Virus record (IMG/VR): IMGVR_UViG_3300042453_002354
Span: 64,001 to 128,000 of that record
Source: a virus
Strand: one strand, 5' to 3'
Length of the DNA stretch: 64,000 bases
Position numbers and translations under genes: made by a program. This document shows, one piece after another, positions 40,401 through 49,276 of this stretch (positions are counted from its first letter, which is position 1; every line of letters begins with the position of its first letter). Under the pieces are notes generated by a model. It saw only the letters and a list, made by a program, of their open reading frames with translations, was not told where the DNA came from and ran no database searches.

Positions 40401-41847
40401 GTGGTGCTTTTGGCGAACTTGTATTTTCCATAAATTCTCTTGTTCTACTAAAAAGTAGAACTTGTCTCATGGATTGCTTCGTTGTTGTAGATTCACCCCA
40501 TAATGTGATCGGTAGACCTTTAATGTTTGTTACTCTAATGAATGGACCCTTCATTGTTCTAACAATTTCTGGTTTTGATGTAACAAAATCCAAAGCCTTT
40601 TTACCTACAAGTCTGGATCTGTCAAGTTTTTCCAATTCATAACCCTTAACATATGCCTTGCCAGGATCTATTTGATACACCATTCTGGTGTCGGCGGCCG
40701 CAAGAAATGCTTCTTCATTGACTCCAGGTAAATATCCATCATTATATACGTGATAACCTGATATTCCCAAAAATTGCTGTCCTATTAATTCAGCCGCATT
40801 TGGTGTGCTTCTCTTGAGCATATCCTTGGTATAATGACCACTATTAGTTCCATCATTGAAAAATTCACTAGGAACTACAACGAAAGGTTTTATAGTGTAA
40901 TTGCCAGATTCATCAAACGTTCTTCTGGCCAATTCGTCTTGAATTAAATTATAATTTGTTTTGTTAGGAGGCGTTGCGGGAATACCATCAATCAGTCTAA
41001 TCAATTCTATGAAATTTTTATCAGTTACGGACGTAGTTGTTAATTTATCAATCGCCCTTGTCGATAATACTAGATCTATTTTTAATCTATGTGCTCCTGG
41101 CGCCGCATAGTTTGGAGAACCTTGAGCATTATCCAATAAACTCTCATCTTCTTCTGGTGTAACTATAGATTGAACTATTGACAATCCTATGCTTCCAGTA
41201 TGTCTATCATTTTCAGGATCGACAACAATCGATTGTTGTTTTACTACTGCAAAAAATCCATTAGTAAAATAAACACCTTCTTTAATGTTGGCACCTGTTC
41301 CTGTACCAATTACCGAATTTGAATTGTTTAAGGTTTCTAATTGTATTCCAGAATCTTCTACACTTAATATTTCATTTGCAAGAAATGTTTTTAATGCACC
41401 TTGCAATCCACCACTAGACTCTGTTCCGGCAGTTAAATATTTGACATATAATCTTATTACACCAGCTCCATCAATTGGTGTATAATTAACGATTCTTGCT
41501 TTTACGCCGGTCGTACTTGATATAACTTTATTTAAAAAATTAGTTTGAATTGCAACATCATCTACAAAATAAATCGAATTGTCAATTCCGCCTGTCTTGT
41601 TTACATATATTTTAACGTAGGTGTAATTTGAATCAAAAGTTGTGATGCCAGGAATGACCATAGCACCTTCTTTGAAGAAGTGTTGTCCCATTCTATCGAT
41701 TTGGGACTGGAACATAGTTTGTAATTGCGTCAGCTCTCTGGCCTGTACCGCAAACCTTGGTCTGAAAAGCATCCTATAGAATTGCTTATCCGAATCATAA
41801 TCATCAAAGTAAGGAGCACTTTTTAATTGATCTTTTATATCGGTCAT
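34417..41847 (-). CDS. Large VrlC-like (DUF4815-type) baseplate/virion protein
   Basis: PYFDDY...K.FY..LFRP...VQARELTQLQ, N..APGAHR.KI, LARRT.DESG.Y, RYTMRDIG..E.RI...EYY..LSLLE and RFKNGF.VD.F. Confidence 0.92.
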   Translation of the reverse strand: MTDIKDQLKSAPYFDDYDSDKQFYRMLFRPRFAVQARELTQLQTMFQSQIDRMGQHFFKEGAMVIPGITTFDSNYTYVKIYVNKTGGIDNSIYFVDDVAIQTNFLNKVISSTTGVKARIVNYTPIDGAGVIRLYVKYLTAGTESSGGLQGALKTFLANEILSVEDSGIQLETLNNSNSVIGTGTGANIKEGVYFTNGFFAVVKQQSIVVDPENDRHTGSIGLSIVQSIVTPEEDESLLDNAQGSPNYAAPGAHRLKIDLVLSTRAIDKLTTTSVTDKNFIELIRLIDGIPATPPNKTNYNLIQDELARRTFDESGNYTIKPFVVVPSEFFNDGTNSGHYTKDMLKRSTPNAAELIGQQFLGISGYHVYNDGYLPGVNEEAFLAAADTRMVYQIDPGKAYVKGYELEKLDRSRLVGKKALDFVTSKPEIVRTMKGPFIRVTNIKGLPITLWGESTTTKQSMRQVLLFSRTREFMENTSSPKAPPAADGSFLTGPTKTIDSAYCIGTARVLYFDFDDGTPGTSAAAYRLHLTDIQITKDDHSFEHVQSIFQGGADGTAGFSCDVIQFSEPFEGADITITPASNFRGVATGNGTYWRTTEYQQLSKNDCIIHEDSNQVKYHYYVVNAPLDNQKVQLDAAKSDAKTNITISRVYTDLEDQDASVLLYVIPKGFIRSIDEDKFDYTAQKLFVRTLSSNTITIILSADQGAFPSYSPTEWFFSDSAGNTLKAENVTFNSSTEVVVTFSSLVTAGNITAIVPCRISGENNASPKQKTLRTGTYQNTGTPSGQYYVLTDALKTDLQSISLGVEDVIRVKHIYMSSDFTTAPSASNIDIVDRYELDDGQRDSFYDIASIKLKRGAQPPTGRLAIVFDYFEHSVDGNYFSIESYPVGAGFSISDIPKYTSTDSGTSYPLADVLDFRSTKSNTGTFNSKICYVPESDIFIQFEHFLHRNDKIYIRTDGSFGIVEGVSSLKPVMPDDPLDGMVVAEVELPALTSDLKKVVLTHRNNRRYTMRDIGKIEDRITQIEYYTSLSLLEKNTETLVIKDADGNDRFKNGFLVDNFRGHAVGDVQNEDYSCAVDPKEGELRPAFVERMIELKEVQSYETNPLGFTEISSGNAGNVERNQIGYTMKNDLIMLPYESVESVSQRIASDFININPFDVVTFVGQVKLEPESDEFKNTEKSEPLSVNFDNGLADALTNLSEGLGTVYTKDATQFSTNVVGTKTEIDSITSPPLPGPAFGNGMRPNQQMQWLNNRMKKQSDLQRRERDLEQLRGKLASSKDQKEKKGLSNKIKGIETEIKKLKKYINGRTTPPQNKYPRLQVQGERTITSKETTARGGVKLKVTPSVINQSIGESVKEINFAEFCRSQIVKFTLNGFKPNVRVYAFIDNIPVTHFCIPSSAGKEIVMSKVERPVSFKVRDELIESVKNSFPVVSGSASSSTNVVYFNPVIGSKNASGDFPLIADSTGAITGYLHIPDGKPIYTSTGKVLEDSSDNPSFKTGTKVIKFIDSAQNIQADSESSGSARFECKGLIEKRQETILSTRGAKLSTEYDNFEKTISTSTENSYKLNKVCWVDPIAETINITDEGGAFITGVTLYFRNKPHVGSGSRSIQFKDRSGSANPVIPVSVEIRETVAGVPGPKLVPGSKTYLYPNQIVINDIDGDTPIDDPSGRNVGRLYISVPVHPTVSESDPSFWTTTDHYHYGPFETFSSDPDTEAKWNTKTRSFVNGYGPQSSNFEAGFVGTYFEFDYPVYLQEKSEYAIVVMANTQDYEVWYARIGQSIVGKADIIQNTASYNGVFLKSANSSTWTPDQQADLMFKLHKAEFDISKNPIVTLVNENLSFDKLKNNPFKVEAGCNVLKVFHKNHGMRNRVEDNRKPRVKISGLVESVGGIDTKYINTESSDSVRLYHDVTVLDYDSYSIEIFDENGNPKDASETNYSAGGSTIFATADIQADEITANLVDMKLEGTEINYNYRITSGSGVHGSDVNPYVLPDVADFEDVQPGENVIFEEPKLIASVANEGEWTLDEPTIAGIITTPGNIEGSSKSLFVQATLSSDNPNITPILDISRSNFGIIGNKVSDPGLIDEYRTIADPTDYVFFGWKQDSATCSVTANTNTISVPTPSIYHVGGYVLVQSGTSKNLRKITSIVSSQLTVDKKFTITSSTATCSSSGLDVWSFGDEEVMVAENATVSISGDSFSTSNYAVISTLSELFPGMLLGINGTSKKTVRLISVTRPDSTSMTVRVDADLTGIGTSVDISYYRDVITCSSDGLATYAQAREIGKSVLSSMRSGQYVKVMNSTDNKNDATYEITKISEIIDSSPDYKLRIEVKYDSDYDPASTSSNVTVLGIEDFYSSESPTGHTAPCKYVTKRMILRHPATALKVRFLANVQEGQSVEAFAKMSGSDENEKFDNVRYIKLTPVGNKLPGNSIDSNTFNDFEYEETLLAPFSEVAVKLVLTGNDSTKPIRVKDLQVIALDS

Positions 41848-41960
41848 AATGAAATTCCGCTAAAGTGTGATTTTGTTATATTTAGTCGATAATAACCGAG
41901 ATTATTTTTAGTAGATTTTTATGTTCTAGAATATTATTTGTATAGTGTATCATATACAAA

Positions 41961-43613
41961 TTAAAATTCTATGATAACTTTTATGGTTTCAGTTTGATCT
42001 GGCGATCTTAAAATAGGTCTACGATTTTCAAAATAAATTATGTCGCCACTATATTTTTGGACTTCTGGATTCACTATTGCGCTAATTGTGGCAGAAGCAC
42101 TTCCAGAAATTACCGAGTTTCCTACATTAAAGGTTTCGTAACCAGTTTCTGGTATTTGCACAAATACTAAATCTTTATTAGTACCGTTATCTAATACCTC
42201 TATCAAGAACCCCTGTGCGACTCCAGGCGTTTGTTCTACCAATGTACTATCAAGAGCAAAGGTACCTACTATCGAGCTAACAGTGAGTCTCGAACTGGCA
42301 CTTGCTGTCAATCCTGAAAAAATTGTTCCAGAAGATCCGAATGTTTCTGGATTTCTAATAATGCCAATTTGTCTATAATCATTTGATATTGGAAAATCGC
42401 CAGAACCTTCTGAGTAAGTTAAATCGACATTGAGCATAACATAGTGTCCGCCCAATTCTTCGACGGGATCTGCGCCGTGACCTTGACTTGGTGGTAAAAC
42501 AACAACGACCTGTGCCAAATTACTTCCGCTATTTGCTCCGGTAACAGTTGCGGTTGCGTAAGAATAACCAGTTCCTGCATTAATTAATGATACAGACGTT
42601 ATTCCATTTGGTGATGAAAAATTTATATTTGCCTTTGCTCTAGCACCCGTACCATCGCCGGTGATATTTACTGTAGGCAAAACTTGAAATTGAGAAGTTA
42701 AATCTATAGATAATGTAGATTCTAGAACGAATTCTTTAGTAGATCCTAGATAACTTATAACCTTGGAAGAACTTCCTGCTCCGGTCCCCGATACTATCCA
42801 CACAGTAGCTCCTGCATACCATCCATTGTTGGTAACGGCAGAAGAGCTAGGTGCTGAAATGGATTGATTTGGTCCTACTAATCCTATACTCTCCACAGGA
42901 GTTGTATTTAAAACTCTATCATATAGAGTTCCAGCATTAATCACTTGAATGGAATCTATTACTCCAGTATTTTCTGCACCTTGTTGTACATCCCATTGTG
43001 TCGAACCATCATCAGACTCTAGAGTTTTGACTGGCATCCAATGATCGGTTAAATATTTTAATGCATCGCCGGTTTGTACGGTGTACATATATTTCCACCT
43101 ATAACCATCAGCTAAACTTATAACCAGCAAAGGATTACTTTCATCCGCTACGGGTTCTATTGTAGATTTAACGCCGCCATTGTTGGACAAACATTTAAAA
43201 ACTTGAAAATATTGATTCATTGCATAAATGTTTCCTGGTGTGTAACCATTGGCATTTCCGCTCGTAACTTCACTGGAAGTCGGATGCTCGAATATGTGCG
43301 GATCTTGGTCAGAATATGCAACATAAACTGTATTTCCTGTTGCGTCCCAATTCCATCTAGGAATAACAAAAGAAGAATTATTAGGTGTAATTTTTTTGAG
43401 ACCCATCATTCCGTCCCAAATTCTTCTTTCACTGTATAGTGTATCTTTCGGAACATCGGGTATTAAATCGGCGTTGGTGGTTGCTGTGTTCCACGCCTGT
43501 GGTCTGCTTACAAACAAATAATGCGTATCTGCACCCACGGAAGAGTCTTCTATCGCATCTTTAAATATGCGAGCCTGCATGAATCGAAATTTATTAGTTA
43601 TTATTGCAACCAT
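41961..43613 (-). CDS. gp8: Baseplate wedge subunit
   Basis: AIIT..FR, VIPR.NW, VFKCL.N, DGY.WKYMYT, GHG..PV.ELG, NDYRQIGI and ENR.PI.R...Q.E.IK.IIEF. Confidence 0.92.
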   Translation of the reverse strand: MVAIITNKFRFMQARIFKDAIEDSSVGADTHYLFVSRPQAWNTATTNADLIPDVPKDTLYSERRIWDGMMGLKKITPNNSSFVIPRWNWDATGNTVYVAYSDQDPHIFEHPTSSEVTSGNANGYTPGNIYAMNQYFQVFKCLSNNGGVKSTIEPVADESNPLLVISLADGYRWKYMYTVQTGDALKYLTDHWMPVKTLESDDGSTQWDVQQGAENTGVIDSIQVINAGTLYDRVLNTTPVESIGLVGPNQSISAPSSSAVTNNGWYAGATVWIVSGTGAGSSSKVISYLGSTKEFVLESTLSIDLTSQFQVLPTVNITGDGTGARAKANINFSSPNGITSVSLINAGTGYSYATATVTGANSGSNLAQVVVVLPPSQGHGADPVEELGGHYVMLNVDLTYSEGSGDFPISNDYRQIGIIRNPETFGSSGTIFSGLTASASSRLTVSSIVGTFALDSTLVEQTPGVAQGFLIEVLDNGTNKDLVFVQIPETGYETFNVGNSVISGSASATISAIVNPEVQKYSGDIIYFENRRPILRSPDQTETIKVIIEF

Positions 43614-43657
43614 CGAACATTTCCTTAAAATGTTATTATGTCATTATTTAGTATTGT

Positions 43658-46600
43658 TTAATTACGTTTAATTGCGGCCGCTTGTCCTTGTCCACCGCCT
43701 GATATTAATAACCAATCGGTATCGGTTCCTATTTGAGTAAATGTTAATACGCTAGTATTTTGAAGTACACCAAGTCCTAGAGGAGCCTCCATATTGTCGG
43801 TTCCGGCTGCCCATAGCGTGCCGTCCGTTTTAATGGCAAATGTAGATAAATCCCTACCTTCAATTAATCTCCAGTTAGTATCAGAACCTATTTGTATAGG
43901 AACGAGTGAATCGGTAGTTGTTCCGTTTCCAAACACTCTGTAGTTATTCCATCCCCAAGCCCATAATGTTCCATTATTTTTAATCGCAAATGTATATTGA
44001 TATCCTGCATATATTTCTTTCCAATCCGTATCGGTTCCTATTTGTATTGGAGATGTTTTTTGTATTGTTGTACCATCACCAAGTTGGCCGTAAGCGTTAT
44101 ATCCCCAAGCCCAAAGAGTTCCATTATTTTTTAGTGCTATAGTGTGTGAATTTCCTGCGGAAACTTTCATCCAATTCGTATCACTTCCTATTTGAACTGG
44201 CGAATTTCTTTGAGTGGTAGTACCGTCTCCAAGACGACCATTTACGTTATATCCCCAAGCCCAGAGGGTACCATTGCTCTTGATTGCAACTGTGTGGAAT
44301 TGTCCTCCCGACACACTACTCCAATTCGTATCACTTCCTATTTGAGTAGGTGAAGTTCTTCCGGTTGTATCTCCCACTCCCAATCGACCATATAAACCAG
44401 CACCCCAAGTCCAGAGGGTACCATTGCTTTTAATTGCAAGACTATGATAGTTGCCCGCCGAGATGTAAGTCCAGTCACTATCACTTCCTATTTGTGCAGG
44501 AGTTCCATTTGCATTATTGTTTGTGGTTGTGCCTTTTCCTAACTGTCCGTTGGTGTTTAATCCCCAAGACCATATTGTTCCGTCCAATTTTAGTGCAATC
44601 ATATGCTGATAGCCTACGGAAATATCTTTCCATTTTACTCCACTACTAATCAAAGTGGGACTTGATTTGTCAGAATCTAACGCATCAGTTTGATATGAAC
44701 CATTTCCAAGCACACCATAAAGTGCATCGCCCCAAGTGTATAATAAACCATTAGAACCTAATAATTCAGTTTGTCCAAAAGATTCTCCTGTACTTATACC
44801 ACCACAGAAAATCGGTTCAGGAGAACTTGCGTCAAGTAATGCACCAACATGCCATCCATTTGCTTCAATTTTGTTCCATGTTAAATATGTTGTAATTTTT
44901 TCTGGTGTTGTAACAAATTCAGTAAAACTTGATGTGATTGGTAGTCGGTAGTTACTACCCCAAGCCCATAAAGAGCCATCAACTTTTAATGCAAATGAAT
45001 ATGCTGCATTATTAAATATAACGTAAGCACCTGCAACATCATCCCAGTCTGTTTCTGTGCCCACCTGAATTGGTTCAAGAACTGTGCTAGTAATACTACC
45101 TATTCCTAATTCGCCAGTATATTGAGTACCCCAAGACCAAAGTGTTCCGTTAGTTTTAACTCCTAATGTATGCCAACCACCCGATGCGACAGTTTTCCAA
45201 TCCGTATCAGTGCCCACTTGAGTTGGTGTTGTTCTATCTACGGTCGTTCCATCACCAAGCTGACCGGAGGCATTGTGACCCCAAGCCCACAGCGTTCCGT
45301 CTACTTTTATTGCAAACGATCTGAGGTGGATTGCGAATATAGATGACCAATTCGAGTCTGTTCCGATTTGTACAGGAGTTAATCTATCTACATTTGTACC
45401 ATCGCCTAATTGACCTTCGGCATTTCTACCCCAAGCCCATAAAGTTCCATCAGATTTCAATCCAAGGAAATGATTAACGCCCGCATCTATATCAGTCCAG
45501 ATATTTGAATCAAATAACGTAGGATTTGGCGATGGGTTAAGTGCGCCGTTGTAAAATTGTCCGTTATACGTATTTGACCATAGGGTTCCATCATTTCTAA
45601 TTGATATTATAGTTGCACCATCGTTCCACGGTGCGCCACTATTCGTTATTGATGTTTTTATCCAAGCCGATCCTAAGACATCCATTGAGCCGTCAAATCT
45701 TCCAGCCCAATTTGTCTGATCTGATTTAATGGCGGAAAACATTCTACCAAAAAGATTAAAATCGGACCAAGTGTTGTCACGTTGCTCTACCGGAACTCCA
45801 TACGACACATCACTTCTTCCTGTTACTTTTTTTATAAAATTATCCCTATGCCATCCCCATAACGTATTTGTCGGAGTTAAATTTGTCTCTTCGGGTGTTG
45901 CAATAGTATTACCAAATGCTTCTCCTGTACTTATACCATTACAAAAAATAGGTTTAGGTGATGTTACATCTAAAATTCCACCACTTTGAAATGCGTGTGT
46001 TTGTATTCTATTCCATTTTAAATACGTTGTCAGTTTTTGTGGTGTCGTGCTAATATCTGTACCAGAAGAATCGCTCAATAGTCTAGATCCCCATCCCCAA
46101 CTCCACAATGACTTGTCTGATTTTATTGCATATGAATATCCACCACCGTAAATAAATCCTGTAGCAATTTCCGTCCAATCATCATCGGTGTCAATTTGAA
46201 TTGGTTGAGCCTTTGAAATTGTAGTACCATCACCTAATTGACCTGTGGTGTTATCTCCCCATGCCCACAGAGTTCCGTTCGATTTTATAGCTAAATGGTG
46301 TCCACCTGAAGTTGAGACATTAATGCAATTAAAACCTTGTTGTTCGTTTAGATAGTCAAGAGTTGTCCAAATTACATTATTAGATTCGTCTGTTATTTTT
46401 ATTGCTATTCCACTCGGATTGTCGGGATTCGGGTGTGGTTCATTGATATAAGAAGCTACAAGTACATGTGTTCCGGCGGTTAAAGTGATAGATATGTTTG
46501 AACTTGAACCGAAATTATTTGAAGAAGTCCAAGTCTGTCCTGCTATGCTATAAGATCCGAGATTATCGGCAGCATATTGAAAGTTATATGTTCCACTGAT

Positions 46601-49276
46601 CGGTATATGTATGGAAGTTGTAAATTCAAATGTTCCTACAGTATTAATATTTCCATAATTAATGGACCAATCATTCATGAATTGACCCCACGCATAGTGA
46701 GATGACTTAAACCAAGTAGGATCGATTAAAACCTTTGTTATGGTCGTTCCGATTTTCCAAAGTGTTCCATCATTTTTAATTGCAAATGACGCATATCCAC
46801 CTGCCGCTATAAAAGACCAATCTGTATCAGTGCCCACTTGAATCGGGGTTATTGAATCTACAGTTGTTCCATCGCCAAGCTGACCTTCAACGTTTCGTCC
46901 CCACGACCACAAGGTTCCATCAGACTTTAGTGCTAAAAAGTGGTTAATTCCGCTGTCAAGACTTACCCAATCAGTATCGGCGTTCAATAAGGTTGGTGCT
47001 GTGTGTGTAGAAGATTCGTACCAAAGATAGTGTGGCCAAGTCCAGAGCGTACCGTCATCTTTAATTCCGGCATTTCCGTAATTTCCTCCCCCAACGTACT
47101 GAACGCCTGTAATTTTGACAAAATTTGAATCTCTATTAAATGTTAAACCGGCAAATATATTATCTTCCCATAGTTGTCCATCTTGCTTGAGTGCCATCAA
47201 CAATTCGCCACTACCAAATCCTCCTTTTAGTATAACATCTGAGTATGGTATTAAATTGTCTTCATTTATTGGAGTCGATTGTAATTTTGGTAAAGTTCCA
47301 TTTCCAACGTATCCCCAAGTGTACAAAGTTTCTTCGGGAGGCAAAACTATCGGAGATAGACCAAGATCTATATTGACACTACCAAACTGTTCATTAGAAT
47401 TTATAGATGAAGTTAAGATCGATGTCGCACCACTCAATATTGAAGGAGTTCCAAATATTTCTTGTGTGTGAATGTTGATAGTAAATAACTGTTTTGATCC
47501 GCTAGGAAAGGGTGATGCAGTATCGCATAAAGGATCTTTTAAAATTGGTTCTGGTTGTATCTTGGTTCTTAACCAAGGTTTCATCCAAAAATCACCAACA
47601 ATGATATCAAAGAAATCTTTTATTTGATAATTTGCAAAATCGGTTTTCCAATAATTTGAATTACCCGAATATAACAATCTATCTTCATCATTTCCACCAT
47701 TTGGTTTATATGTAAATTTAAATCTATCGATGCTGTTTAATGATGCACCATTTCTGTATCTGACTAGACTTTCTAGTTGATATTCATCGAGTTCAGGTTG
47801 TATGTTAGGATCGACTTCTAATTTTAATTCTACATCTAACGGCTTAAATGAAATATCATTATACTCAACTTCGTTGTGCCAAGTAATCTGTAAATTATTT
47901 TGTACTTTCGTCTCACTTGAAATAAAGTTTTCACTTAAAAAGTTTCCAAATAATTTTAAACCCGATGGATGAATTAAATCTTTAACAAAAGATTCATAAA
48001 AGTCAAAAGATTCACTAACCTTGATTACATAAGAAAATTGTTGATAGTAAAAACTATCTTGTATAAATTTTGCATCACTTAATTTTCCATCATCATTTAA
48101 GAAATATCCTTTATATTTTATTATTGTACCAACTTGAGGAATTATGTGTAATTGATTATCACCATCCGGTTCGTAAACTAATATATTGTTGTAAGTTCTT
48201 TCACCAATTTTTACTTCACTAAATGCTGTTGGTGGTATTTTAAATCCTGGAGAAACAATATCAACTTTTGTTACATTGCCTAAAGTATTTACGGTAGATA
48301 CAGTGGCCTTAAAATCTTGAATATTAAAGTTTTGAAAATTACTGACTATCTCAGTTCCTATGGAATAGTTTGAACCTTTGTCGAATAATTTAAAACCAGT
48401 TACGCAAGTTACAGGATTTGCGAAAACGTTTGGAGCCTCATCGGAGTATAGAGTCTCGCCAGGATAGAATTCTCCTGTTATTGAACTTCTATTTAAAAAT
48501 AACTCGTATACTACATTTAAACCTATCTCAAGTTTTATGGCATATTCAACAAATGCGGAACTTTGACTATTTTGCCCAATTATTTTTTTATTGATGAATG
48601 CAAATGGAGTATCTGCCGAATTGGTTGGCATCTCAACTCTAACAGAATAGTTTTGAATCCATTTTCCATCAGATGGTCGGAGCATATCCACACGAGGATA
48701 ATAGAAATCAATTTCAGCACCTAATATTAATCTAAACAAATATTTGTATGCTCTTTCTGTTCCTTTTGCACCATAAAATTGCACAATGTTTTTTATGGCA
48801 TTTTGTATCTTAACTCTATTGTTTGGATTTGCAGGATCTACGTATAATTCTTTAGGAAATCTAGACATCACTTCTTTTTGAAGTGAATGTAAAAATGGGT
48901 CTTCAGTTGTGTCAAGATCTTGCAATCTAGGTAGATCTTTACTTAATCCTAAAGCATTGCCTCTGATTTCCATCCATTCGTAATATTTTTCTAGAAAATC
49001 TATAAATCTAGGAAAATCAGATTGAACATATTGTGGCAATCTATGCTTAACTATTTTTGCTATGCTTTGAATTTGTCTCGGTTGTTTTATGACGGTAGGA
49101 GATCCGTGAACTTCTCCGGAAGCAATTGAAGAAGGAACTAAATTTTGTAAATTAACCTTTGGTGAGCTAACGATAGAAGCTGTCGAAATTGAGGATGGTT
49201 TAACGACACCAACCATCACATGGTTTGATGATGAAAATCCAGAACTTATGCCAGTACATGTTATAGATTGTGACAT
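43658..49276 (-). CDS. Baseplate wedge initiator (gp7-like) fused to three RCC1/BLIP-II repeat blocks
   Basis: N-terminal part: LP.YV...FP.F..FL..YYEW, FY..KGT...Y..LFR, PSDGKW and IQDS.YYQ.FSYVIK...HP.G...FG. C-terminal part: repeated DGTLWAWG.N..GQLGDGTT.....P.QIG.DT.W..V..G..H. Confidence 0.88.
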   Translation of the reverse strand: MSQSITCTGISSGFSSSNHVMVGVVKPSSISTASIVSSPKVNLQNLVPSSIASGEVHGSPTVIKQPRQIQSIAKIVKHRLPQYVQSDFPRFIDFLEKYYEWMEIRGNALGLSKDLPRLQDLDTTEDPFLHSLQKEVMSRFPKELYVDPANPNNRVKIQNAIKNIVQFYGAKGTERAYKYLFRLILGAEIDFYYPRVDMLRPSDGKWIQNYSVRVEMPTNSADTPFAFINKKIIGQNSQSSAFVEYAIKLEIGLNVVYELFLNRSSITGEFYPGETLYSDEAPNVFANPVTCVTGFKLFDKGSNYSIGTEIVSNFQNFNIQDFKATVSTVNTLGNVTKVDIVSPGFKIPPTAFSEVKIGERTYNNILVYEPDGDNQLHIIPQVGTIIKYKGYFLNDDGKLSDAKFIQDSFYYQQFSYVIKVSESFDFYESFVKDLIHPSGLKLFGNFLSENFISSETKVQNNLQITWHNEVEYNDISFKPLDVELKLEVDPNIQPELDEYQLESLVRYRNGASLNSIDRFKFTYKPNGGNDEDRLLYSGNSNYWKTDFANYQIKDFFDIIVGDFWMKPWLRTKIQPEPILKDPLCDTASPFPSGSKQLFTINIHTQEIFGTPSILSGATSILTSSINSNEQFGSVNIDLGLSPIVLPPEETLYTWGYVGNGTLPKLQSTPINEDNLIPYSDVILKGGFGSGELLMALKQDGQLWEDNIFAGLTFNRDSNFVKITGVQYVGGGNYGNAGIKDDGTLWTWPHYLWYESSTHTAPTLLNADTDWVSLDSGINHFLALKSDGTLWSWGRNVEGQLGDGTTVDSITPIQVGTDTDWSFIAAGGYASFAIKNDGTLWKIGTTITKVLIDPTWFKSSHYAWGQFMNDWSINYGNINTVGTFEFTTSIHIPISGTYNFQYAADNLGSYSIAGQTWTSSNNFGSSSNISITLTAGTHVLVASYINEPHPNPDNPSGIAIKITDESNNVIWTTLDYLNEQQGFNCINVSTSGGHHLAIKSNGTLWAWGDNTTGQLGDGTTISKAQPIQIDTDDDWTEIATGFIYGGGYSYAIKSDKSLWSWGWGSRLLSDSSGTDISTTPQKLTTYLKWNRIQTHAFQSGGILDVTSPKPIFCNGISTGEAFGNTIATPEETNLTPTNTLWGWHRDNFIKKVTGRSDVSYGVPVEQRDNTWSDFNLFGRMFSAIKSDQTNWAGRFDGSMDVLGSAWIKTSITNSGAPWNDGATIISIRNDGTLWSNTYNGQFYNGALNPSPNPTLFDSNIWTDIDAGVNHFLGLKSDGTLWAWGRNAEGQLGDGTNVDRLTPVQIGTDSNWSSIFAIHLRSFAIKVDGTLWAWGHNASGQLGDGTTVDRTTPTQVGTDTDWKTVASGGWHTLGVKTNGTLWSWGTQYTGELGIGSITSTVLEPIQVGTETDWDDVAGAYVIFNNAAYSFALKVDGSLWAWGSNYRLPITSSFTEFVTTPEKITTYLTWNKIEANGWHVGALLDASSPEPIFCGGISTGESFGQTELLGSNGLLYTWGDALYGVLGNGSYQTDALDSDKSSPTLISSGVKWKDISVGYQHMIALKLDGTIWSWGLNTNGQLGKGTTTNNNANGTPAQIGSDSDWTYISAGNYHSLAIKSNGTLWTWGAGLYGRLGVGDTTGRTSPTQIGSDTNWSSVSGGQFHTVAIKSNGTLWAWGYNVNGRLGDGTTTQRNSPVQIGSDTNWMKVSAGNSHTIALKNNGTLWAWGYNAYGQLGDGTTIQKTSPIQIGTDTDWKEIYAGYQYTFAIKNNGTLWAWGWNNYRVFGNGTTTDSLVPIQIGSDTNWRLIEGRDLSTFAIKTDGTLWAAGTDNMEAPLGLGVLQNTSVLTFTQIGTDTDWLLISGGGQGQAAAIKRN

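Noticed and set aside
43900-45500. CRISPR-like regularly spaced repeats
   Set aside because: These are degenerate in-frame RCC1 coding repeats with a ~150-nt period; no cas genes.
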